From: an uncultured Candidatus Saccharibacteria bacterium
GTDB lineage: Bacteria > Patescibacteriota > Minisyncoccia > Phycocordibacterales > EsbW-18
Assembly: GCA_964447415.1 (NCBI GenBank)
Contig: CAYUSN010000003.1
Location: 5,418-69,417 of the forward strand
Length of the DNA stretch: 64,000 nt
Direction of reading: 5' to 3'
Every line of letters starts with the position of its first letter. Position 1 is the stretch's first letter. Of this stretch, positions 57,052-64,000 are shown one piece after another. The translations under genes were made by a program, and so were the position numbers. The notes under the pieces are model-generated. The model searched no databases. It saw nothing but the letters and a program-made list of their open reading frames with translations, and was not told the origin of the DNA.

Positions 57052-57420
57052 TTACAGTATCTTTGCCATTAAATCTTCAATCTGCGTATCCGCTTTGACA
57101 TAGTACTCAACCCCGCCGTCGGCAAGTGCAGCCGCAACCGCCTCGTTGTCGGAAAGATTCGTAAGCATAATGACACGTGCGTTTTTGCCCCAGCTGTCAT
57201 CACGAATTTTTTTGAGAACGGCAATGCCGCCGAGTTTCGGCAGCACAATATCAAGCAAGGTCACGTCAGGATGTTCCTTAAGCGCCATCTCAACGCCTTG
57301 TTCTCCGTCAACCGCAAGAAGTACCCGGCAGCCTGCGCGTGACAGACGGTCCATCAAAATCCGTCGATATGCCGCGTCGTCCTCAACCACCAGTATTGTT
57401 TTTGAAGAATGTTGTTCCAT
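57052..57420 (-). CDS. Single-domain response regulator (CheY-like receiver), paralogue of the adjacent gene
   Basis: ILVVEDDAAYRR...TLLDIVLPKLGG...K; 122 aa. Confidence 0.8.
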   Translation of the reverse strand: MEQHSSKTILVVEDDAAYRRILMDRLSRAGCRVLLAVDGEQGVEMALKEHPDVTLLDIVLPKLGGIAVLKKIRDDSWGKNARVIMLTNLSDNEAVAAALADGGVEYYVKADTQIEDLMAKIL

Positions 57421-57435
57421 ATAACTAACGAGTGC

Positions 57436-59685
57436 CTATTTTAGCATACCGCTTCCTGTTTTCTCTTTTTTCCTCATTCCCGTCACCGGAAACGCCGCGC
57501 CGAACTCGGTGTCTTCGCCTTCGCGGGAAACCGACCAGACCCGCCCTCCACCCTCCTCGACGACAGACTTCACAATATATAACCCCAAACCGGTGCCGTC
57601 CGGATCCTGTTCCTGTGCGTTTCCGGCACGGAACAGTTTTGTAAAAATCTTGTCCTGGTCGTCTTTCGGAATCGGTGCGCCGTTATTAAACACCCGCAAG
57701 ACAATCTCGCCGTTTTCAATCCGTATAGTAATGCGTATACGTCCGCCGTCGGGCGTGTATTTTACGGCGTTGGACAAAAAATTCTGGAATATTATCCGCA
57801 GAAGTTTCGGGTCAGCGGGCACCAGCGGTAGTGTATCGTCATACTCTTTCATGACGGTGTGTTTTTTTTGGGTTATCGGCGCTTCAAGCTCCTCGAGTAC
57901 CTCATCACACACATCGGCAAACTGCATCGGCTCGGGTTCGATAGCAAGCGTGCCGAGGTCAATCCGCGACACGTTCAAAAGTCCGTCCACCAACTGCTTC
58001 ATGCGTAGGTTTGTCCGATACATTTCCTCGACGACCTCGCGTTGTTTCGGGTGCAGTGCGCCGTAGTCGCCGTGAAGAAGCATTTCCGCATCCCAGCTGA
58101 TTGCTCCGAGCGGTGTTTTGAGCTGATGTGATGCAAGCGACACAAATTCTGTTTTTGCCCGGTCAATACTTTTTTCCAGCGTAACATCGCGTGACACTCT
58201 GACAATTCTTGAAGCTGTGCCGTCTTCTCCCACAACCTGTTTTCCCTGATCGTTTACCCACCGTGTCTCGCCCCCTATCACGATCCGGTATTCAACGTGA
58301 TACTCGGTTCCGGTCCGCACACATGCGTCATAGGCGGTCTCAACCGCCTGTCTATCTTCAGGATGTATGAAGGTAAGCCACACACGCGGATTTTTTTTAA
58401 GAACCCCCCGAGACATACCCCACAAGGGCTCAAACGCGGGACTCACATACATAACGTGCTCAGCCGGCGTCAGTTCAATGATCCAGTACACCTCGGTTAT
58501 TTTTTCGGTCAGCTGTACAAACCGCTCCTCATTTTGTTTTGCCTGTTGTTCGGCACTTCGGATATGCGTCACATCCTCTTCGGTTCCGATAAAACCGATG
58601 ACTTCACCCGCCTTATTTTGTATCGGCGCGATATGCGCTATGACGGTGTACAGTGTTCCGTCTTTTTTTCGGTTAACAATCTCCTCGTTGAAGGAGCGTC
58701 CTTCGAGAATGGTCTTCCACATATCCGCGTAAAACCTGTGCGGCATAAGTCCGCCCCATAAACGGGGTGTCTGCCCCTGCATTTCGGCAAAGGTGTACCC
58801 CGTCACGTCCTGGGCTGCTTTGTTGCAAAAGACGATACTGCCGTTGCTGTCGGTAATGATGATGTGGTGCGAAGAACTCTCAACGGCGGCAAGCAGTACG
58901 TCAGGTTGTGAGCCGGGTTTTGGAGACACGCCCACGTTCTCGTGTGCAGTGATGGTTTTAAACATCTCCCCAAACGACGCCTCCGCCGGTGTCGGATAAA
59001 AATTTTCAAACCTGAACCGGTGATCAAAAACGCCGTTTTTTTTGAGCAGTGTGTGCACGTAATCTACAAACCCCTGCGTACCGCTGACGTACACCAACGA
59101 TTTTGAAAGTTCCGGAATATCTTTAAAATCTTTCCATGCGAGTTTTTTTGTGATGCATTTGCCCGTACGCGCCGGTTTTTTTTCGGCGATAGCTTCAATC
59201 TCCTGTGCATATGCCATTCGCTCTTGTGCATTGTCCGCATACACCACCGTCACAGGATGTCCGAGATTTTTTTGTCTGATATACCGCACGAGACACAGAA
59301 ACGGCGCAATCCCGACACCGCCGGCGACCAACACAAGCGGTATATGCGGATTCTCCGGAAGACAAAACGACGTTCCGAACGGTCCGACAATGAACACCTC
59401 GTCACCGTCTTCAAGCGCACGTGCTGTTTTTTTGAAACCGCTGTCGTTTCCGCGGAAAAGAAAGTGAACCTCACCGCTTGCATCGGGAGGATTAATGATT
59501 GAAAACGCGCGCCGGTCACCGCGCACATCCGGATACTTCATGTTCGGAAGCTGCAGCCATGCATACTGTCCCGCCTCGTACGAAAGCGGTTGTTCGAGTT
59601 TAAAACGAACCTCGAACGTTTCATGTGCGACTTCAGTCCGGCCGATGAATTTTGCGGGGTGCACCCGATTTTCTTTTGGCGGCAT
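57436..59685 (-). CDS. Multidomain sensor histidine kinase: N-terminal ferredoxin-NADP reductase-like FAD/NAD(P)-binding domain, two PAS domains, HisKA and HATPase_c
   Basis: FNR-like RAFSI (RxYS-type FAD site) and GGVGIAPF (NAD site); PAS regions; H-box LASHQLKTPL; ATPase GTGLGLYIVKSVVEEGGGRV. Confidence 0.75.
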   Translation of the reverse strand: MPPKENRVHPAKFIGRTEVAHETFEVRFKLEQPLSYEAGQYAWLQLPNMKYPDVRGDRRAFSIINPPDASGEVHFLFRGNDSGFKKTARALEDGDEVFIVGPFGTSFCLPENPHIPLVLVAGGVGIAPFLCLVRYIRQKNLGHPVTVVYADNAQERMAYAQEIEAIAEKKPARTGKCITKKLAWKDFKDIPELSKSLVYVSGTQGFVDYVHTLLKKNGVFDHRFRFENFYPTPAEASFGEMFKTITAHENVGVSPKPGSQPDVLLAAVESSSHHIIITDSNGSIVFCNKAAQDVTGYTFAEMQGQTPRLWGGLMPHRFYADMWKTILEGRSFNEEIVNRKKDGTLYTVIAHIAPIQNKAGEVIGFIGTEEDVTHIRSAEQQAKQNEERFVQLTEKITEVYWIIELTPAEHVMYVSPAFEPLWGMSRGVLKKNPRVWLTFIHPEDRQAVETAYDACVRTGTEYHVEYRIVIGGETRWVNDQGKQVVGEDGTASRIVRVSRDVTLEKSIDRAKTEFVSLASHQLKTPLGAISWDAEMLLHGDYGALHPKQREVVEEMYRTNLRMKQLVDGLLNVSRIDLGTLAIEPEPMQFADVCDEVLEELEAPITQKKHTVMKEYDDTLPLVPADPKLLRIIFQNFLSNAVKYTPDGGRIRITIRIENGEIVLRVFNNGAPIPKDDQDKIFTKLFRAGNAQEQDPDGTGLGLYIVKSVVEEGGGRVWSVSREGEDTEFGAAFPVTGMRKKEKTGSGMLK

Positions 59686-59740
59686 ACGCGTATCCTTAGT
59701 GCTCCATTGTAGCAACTCGGATGACGAATAGTAACGATAC

Positions 59741-60880
59741 CTATGCCTCACTCGACACCAGCGCACTGCCGACCGCTTCTGATACCGACAAAAAACCGTC
59801 GCGTGTAAGCAACCGCGCTATGCCATAGTTAATCTCAGCCGCCAGTTGCGGTCCTTCATATATAAGTCCTGTTATAAGCTGCACCAACACCGCGCCGAGT
59901 CTAATTTTGCGGTATGCGTCCTCGGCCGAAAAAATACCGCCGCAGCCGATAATTTTTATTTGTGAACCGTATTCCCGATACGTAAGTGCAATCAATTCAT
60001 CCGAACGCTCACGACACGGCAATCCGCTGAAGTTTCCTTTTGAAAAACGTCCGACTTCGTGCGGTTTGAGTGTGTGGTGTGTATTGTCTCTCTGTAAATT
60101 ACCGAATACCACCGCCGACACAAACGAATGCGCCACAATAACGTCCAGCATGGAGCGAATCTCCTCGTCAGTTTTTGAAATCGGCATCTTCACCCACACA
60201 GGGCGCGAGAGACGGAGCGCACCGACTGCAGAGAGAAGTTGTGTAAGATGTGTCGGCTCGTAAAATTCCACAGAGCCCGAGAGATTCGGACAGCTGATGT
60301 TGAGTTCGTAGTACGCAAACGGCACGCCGGAGCGCTCCGCATCCTCAAACGCGGACACCACATCCCGCACTGCATCTTCTTGTGTGGTAATGTCCGTCGA
60401 ATTCGTTTTACCGATGCTTACCCCCACCGGATACAAAAACTCGGCACCACGCAAACGACGCAATGTCTCCGTAACGCCCAGGTTTTTAAATCCTTTGTTT
60501 ACCAAAAGTGATTTTGATTGCGGCAATCGTCCGAGCATCGGACGCGCGTTTCCTTCGTACGGATGTTTGGTGAGCGTGCCGACGGTGCCAAACCCAAATC
60601 CTACACACGGCAACACGGAGGTGAGGCGCGCCTCATAATCAAATCCCGCGGCAAGACCCACAGGTGATGCAAACGAGACACCGAAGACGTTTTGCGACAG
60701 CGACGGATATGATGCGGAAAAAAGTTTTCGCAGAACCGCACGTGCAGACCGTGATGCTCCGAGATACTCCCCCGCCCGCACGGCACCGTGGTGTACTTTT
60801 TCCGGATCACACAAAAACAGTACCGGCTTGATAAGCAGTTTGTATACCCACCTCACACTGGTCAAAAAGTCGCGCTTCAT
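59741..60880 (-). CDS. pyrD: Dihydroorotate dehydrogenase (quinone), class 2
   Basis: GLAAGFD, NISCPN and IIGCGGI motifs; N-terminal membrane-association extension. Confidence 0.8.
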   Translation of the reverse strand: MKRDFLTSVRWVYKLLIKPVLFLCDPEKVHHGAVRAGEYLGASRSARAVLRKLFSASYPSLSQNVFGVSFASPVGLAAGFDYEARLTSVLPCVGFGFGTVGTLTKHPYEGNARPMLGRLPQSKSLLVNKGFKNLGVTETLRRLRGAEFLYPVGVSIGKTNSTDITTQEDAVRDVVSAFEDAERSGVPFAYYELNISCPNLSGSVEFYEPTHLTQLLSAVGALRLSRPVWVKMPISKTDEEIRSMLDVIVAHSFVSAVVFGNLQRDNTHHTLKPHEVGRFSKGNFSGLPCRERSDELIALTYREYGSQIKIIGCGGIFSAEDAYRKIRLGAVLVQLITGLIYEGPQLAAEINYGIARLLTRDGFLSVSEAVGSALVSSEA

Positions 60881-60881
60881 A

Positions 60882-61598
60882 TCAGATTCCCGCACTGCGA
60901 ATTACCGCATACATCACCGCAATACCGAGCACGGTCGCAAATGTCGTCCACTTCACCGGATGCGCGTGGTGGCTTTCCGGAAGCAAATCAGACGCGCCGA
61001 TGTACAGGAAAAAACCGGCAAATACCGCAAGCAGCAGCGCGAGCACGGTGTTCGTAACCGAGAAAAAAAGCGTTGCCACAACACCCGCAACCGGCGCAAC
61101 CGCATCCGTCAGCAGCCATTTAAGCGCACGCGTCCGGTCTCCCCCGCTTTTTAAAATAAACCCGACCGTGTTGATGCCGTCGGAAAAATCATGCGTGAGC
61201 ACGGCAAGAGCAACCACCATGCCGACTTCCGGCGATACTTTAAACGCCAGTCCGATGCCCATACCGTCAAGAAAACTGTGAAGCGACAAGCTCCCCGCAC
61301 CGGCAACACCGCGCCCGTGATGATGCCCCTCAGCTTCCTCGTGTCCGTGCATGAGAAGCAGCCGGTCTAAAAGCAAATACACCACAAAACCGACGGCCAC
61401 GACCGTCATGATAAATGAAGCATCGTAGACGCCGCCCCCCAACTCAAGCGCTTCCGGAATCAGATCAAAAAACGCAACGCCGATAACCGCACCGGCTGAA
61501 AACCCTAAAATCAAGTGGAGTCGATCTTTTAGGTGAAGCGCAAACAGACCGCCCAAAAGCGTCGCCGCAAAAGCTGCAACAGTAAAAAAGATAAGCAT
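60882..61598 (-). CDS. ZIP family metal cation transporter (ZupT-like)
   Basis: Multiple TM helices, HHGHEEAEGHHHG His-rich loop and HSFLDGMGIG motif. Start taken at MLIFFTV; the track N-extension is rejected. Confidence 0.7.
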   Translation of the reverse strand: MLIFFTVAAFAATLLGGLFALHLKDRLHLILGFSAGAVIGVAFFDLIPEALELGGGVYDASFIMTVVAVGFVVYLLLDRLLLMHGHEEAEGHHHGRGVAGAGSLSLHSFLDGMGIGLAFKVSPEVGMVVALAVLTHDFSDGINTVGFILKSGGDRTRALKWLLTDAVAPVAGVVATLFFSVTNTVLALLLAVFAGFFLYIGASDLLPESHHAHPVKWTTFATVLGIAVMYAVIRSAGI

Positions 61599-61640
61599 AC
61601 GCGGGTTATTGTACGCCGTCTCAGAGAAAATAAAAATGCA

Positions 61641-61672
61641 AAACCCGCCCCTTTTAGACGGGGCGGGTTTTT
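61641..61672 (-). terminator. Rho-independent terminator after the secreted-protein gene
   Basis: AAACCCGCCCC-ttttagac-GGGGCGGGTTT with T-runs on both sides. Confidence 0.65.
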
Positions 61673-61701
61673 GCCGCGCATTATCTGCGCCGAAATACCG
61701 G

Positions 61702-62892
61702 TTAGTCAGTGACGAAGTGCTGGATCGTTGAGGTCGAGATATTTCCCGCCTCATCCGTCGCCACGACGATGAAGTAGTAGTCAGTCGAAGTGCTTAGGCC
61801 CTCCAACATGATACTGTGTTCCGTGTCGAACGCGGACACAGACTCTCTCATGGTGACGTCGAGGTCAACGGAGCTGTCGTCGTCATACCAGACGATTCCC
61901 GATGCATCCTCATCTGTTTCCCACGCAATTTCCGCCGACGTAGTGCCGATGTCGTTGATGTCGATATCTTCAATGTCAGGGTCGGTCGTGTCTGCGGGAG
62001 TGTCTCCCGTCTCGAAATGCTGGACGCTTGAGGTCGCCGTAGTACCGTCCTTGTCGGTCACGACAACGATGAAGTAATAATCAGTTTCATCTTCAAGGTC
62101 TTCCAGCGTCACCTCGTGTGAGTCGTCATATGTAGTGACGGACTCCTTCATTGCTGGGTTGAGATCAACGTTGTTGTCGTCATCGTACCAGACAATTCCC
62201 GTCGCCTTTTTATTCGTTTTCCATTCAATCGTCGCCTCATTTTCCGAGATATCCGTCACATCAATATCTTTAATGTTCGGTGACGTTGTATCATCGTCAT
62301 CATCATCGTCGTCATCATCGTCATCATCGTCGTCTCCCCACCAGTCGTCCGTCAGTTTCTTCCAAATACCGCCGGGAACTTTCTCACAACAGGACACATC
62401 AATTGATACGTTGCCGATTTTTTTCTTCTGACCGGGTGCAATAAGCTTACCCCACGCCTTGCAGGCAAAGTCACCGTCTGCAACGAGCGCATTCATCTTC
62501 GCGCGCGTCTTCGGTCCGACAACACCAATCTGCTCAAGACCGTGTTTTTTCTGAAATCTCTTCACCGCCTGTTCGGTAAGCGGTCCGTAAAAACCGGTCA
62601 CCAAACCTTCCGGATATACTTCCGGATCAGCGGCAAGAATTTCCTGGAGCGCCGCGACGTCGTCGCTCGTCATACCGAGGCGAAGCTCGCGCACAAGCGC
62701 TGCTGTTTCCTTTAATTCAACAAAAGCATCTGACTGTTTTTTGGAGAGCTCTGCTATCTGATCCTGGAGCGTTTTAATCTGCTGCAGGAGTGTTTGCATC
62801 TGCTCTACCGTCGTCGTCGCCTGTGCAAGCCCCGGAATAAACGAGGCAAGAAAAAGGGCGCTGACACCCAAAGCAAGTAATTTCTTCTTCAT
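61702..62892 (-). CDS. Secreted protein: signal peptide, coiled segment, PG_binding_1-like domain, D15 poly-aspartate linker, two tandem ~90-aa Fn3-like repeats
   Basis: MKKKLLALGVSALFLASFIPGLAQA; LVTGFYGPLTEQAVKRFQKKHGLEQIGVVGPKTRAKM; 15 consecutive Asp residues encoded by (GAT/GAC)n at about 62290-62335; repeats share the ...TDYYFIVV.TD..G....S..QHF.T motif. Confidence 0.75.
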   Translation of the reverse strand: MKKKLLALGVSALFLASFIPGLAQATTTVEQMQTLLQQIKTLQDQIAELSKKQSDAFVELKETAALVRELRLGMTSDDVAALQEILAADPEVYPEGLVTGFYGPLTEQAVKRFQKKHGLEQIGVVGPKTRAKMNALVADGDFACKAWGKLIAPGQKKKIGNVSIDVSCCEKVPGGIWKKLTDDWWGDDDDDDDDDDDDDDDTTSPNIKDIDVTDISENEATIEWKTNKKATGIVWYDDDNNVDLNPAMKESVTTYDDSHEVTLEDLEDETDYYFIVVVTDKDGTTATSSVQHFETGDTPADTTDPDIEDIDINDIGTTSAEIAWETDEDASGIVWYDDDSSVDLDVTMRESVSAFDTEHSIMLEGLSTSTDYYFIVVATDEAGNISTSTIQHFVTD

Positions 62893-63102
62893 AATTTGTG
62901 TAAAGTGCAAAATTACGTAGTAATGTGGCCGCACTGACTGGTACGGCGTGCCAAAAAAATGGCCTTACAGGAAGTATATATCATCCTGTTGAACAGACGT
63001 TACGGCACGGAAAATGAGGAAAGGGTGAAGAAGTCACGGCTCCTTATACAACAGGAGCCGCAAAATTTTCCATTGTTGCCGGACTAGGACTGCGAGTAAA
63101 AT

Positions 63103-64000
63103 TCAAGATTCCTCTTTCGGGGAACGTGTATTTTCATCCCCCGCATCTCTTTCTGCAACAAAGTCCTTTACTTCCTGATAACTCATCTGTTTCGGCCAGA
63201 GAAGATTCCCGTTGGTATCATAAATCGGGAGAAGCAACTTACTGGAACGTTCATCATAATTTTTTATTAATTCATTTATTACTTCTCTTAGAACGTCAAT
63301 GATAGTTTTTTCTGTTCGAATATCATTGAAATATATTGTCTCCGGTTTTATTACAATTCCTTTCAACTCCACCCTGTCAAAACCGGCGCTGGGCATACGA
63401 TAACCATCGTCGTCATGTGGAATGAATCTACCATCCTTATCTACCATGCCCCATTTTACCATTTCCTCAAAACGTGGGTTCTTTTTAATTTTTTCCGGAT
63501 CAAGTTCGGCTGAATCCTTCCCTATTCCAAAACTTTTCCGCTCATCACTCCCGATATTAAACACATATGGATGGTACGTTCCTTCTGGCTGTTCGGAATC
63601 ATCTCTTATTGGAGGAATTTCTTTTAAATTGTCTAATGAAAATATTATTCCCACCCTTCTTTCCCCGCTTGCTTCTTTTTGAAACCAATAGGATCTTTTT
63701 ATTTCCATTCCACCGCTTAAACCTCTCATCTTACCCACAACGTTAAAAAACAAACCACGAAACGAATTACCCAAGACCCCTTCCTCTAGAACATACTTAA
63801 AATACTTTAATTCGTCTTTCGAGCCAGCACCAATAACCGTAAAGGCCGTCCCGGGCTGGTTAATGTCTTGCACTTTTTCCAAAATTCTTTCGACTATTTC
63901 CGGTCGAATTTCGAATTCAAGTTTTTCTCTGGTTGGTTTTTGTTTTTCGTACTCAACCTTTAGTTCGGCGTGTGAATAATCAGCCGCCTCGCCTGAGTCA
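63103..64000 (-). CDS. Hypothetical protein, AT-rich, 5' end beyond the window
   Basis: The reading frame stays open from 63103 to the window edge. The track start at 63882 is a TTG, and no family is recognised. Confidence 0.4.
   Translation of the reverse strand, partial: DSGEAADYSHAELKVEYEKQKPTREKLEFEIRPEIVERILEKVQDINQPGTAFTVIGAGSKDELKYFKYVLEEGVLGNSFRGLFFNVVGKMRGLSGGMEIKRSYWFQKEASGERRVGIIFSLDNLKEIPPIRDDSEQPEGTYHPYVFNIGSDERKSFGIGKDSAELDPEKIKKNPRFEEMVKWGMVDKDGRFIPHDDDGYRMPSAGFDRVELKGIVIKPETIYFNDIRTEKTIIDVLREVINELIKNYDERSSKLLLPIYDTNGNLLWPKQMSYQEVKDFVAERDAGDENTRSPKEES

Noticed and set aside
60788-61754. N-terminal 52-aa extension of the ZIP transporter ORF (MRREISRPQRSS...) and overlapping plus-strand ORFs.
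   Set aside because: The extension overlaps pyrD and lacks TM character. ZIP homology and the first TM begin at MLIFFTV (61598).
62290-62335. (GAT/GAC)15 repeat checked as a possible CRISPR or noncoding SSR.
   Set aside because: It is in frame within a secreted protein gene and encodes poly-Asp. There is no repeat-spacer structure anywhere in the window.

Overview
Bacterial chromosomal segment of roughly 53% GC with dense, mostly short genes. Several traits suggest a reduced-genome lineage: AspRS lacks the GAD insertion, UvrC lacks the C-terminal HhH tail, mraY-ftsW-murG has no murD, and the tRNA genes do not encode CCA. I can only hedge at phylum level. Housekeeping content: metK, aspS behind a T-box-like leader, scpA/scpB, a PBP5-like carboxypeptidase, mraY-ftsW-murG, gltX, an M23 peptidase, rpmA, rplI, rplU, an S41 protease, cysS, dnaB, a mazG-like gene and recR. 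There is a tRNA cluster (three Ala isoacceptors, Arg, Pro, Val) interleaved with murI, nadK and a PAP2 phosphatase. Also present: ddl, a uvrC/uvrA/uvrB neighbourhood, a type II NADH dehydrogenase, a two-component system next to a MacAB-like efflux operon, eno, a 2-hydroxyacid dehydrogenase, ppsA, glycerate kinase, a DEAD-box helicase, an operon encoding an FNR-like/PAS histidine kinase with two CheY-like receivers and a DedA protein, pyrD, a ZIP transporter and a secreted peptidoglycan-binding protein with poly-Asp and Fn3-like repeats. The first 6 kb is an accessory-looking run of small enzymes (HAD, 2H phosphoesterase, VOC, methyltransferase, serine hydrolase). Most native genes lack Shine-Dalgarno motifs, and several have a -10 box 6-7 nt before the ATG, which suggests leaderless mRNAs. 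The most unusual feature is three compositionally foreign islets (6.0-6.85 kb, 18.55-19.03 kb, 23.5-24.6 kb). They are about 60-65% GC with strong GC3 skew. Each has a consensus or near-consensus sigma70 promoter, a canonical AGGAGG-type SD and small ORFs of unknown function; two also have a 5'UTR hairpin and their own terminators. A 20-bp duplication of the tRNA-Val 3' end brackets a 94-bp GC-rich insert directly upstream of the PAP2 gene.
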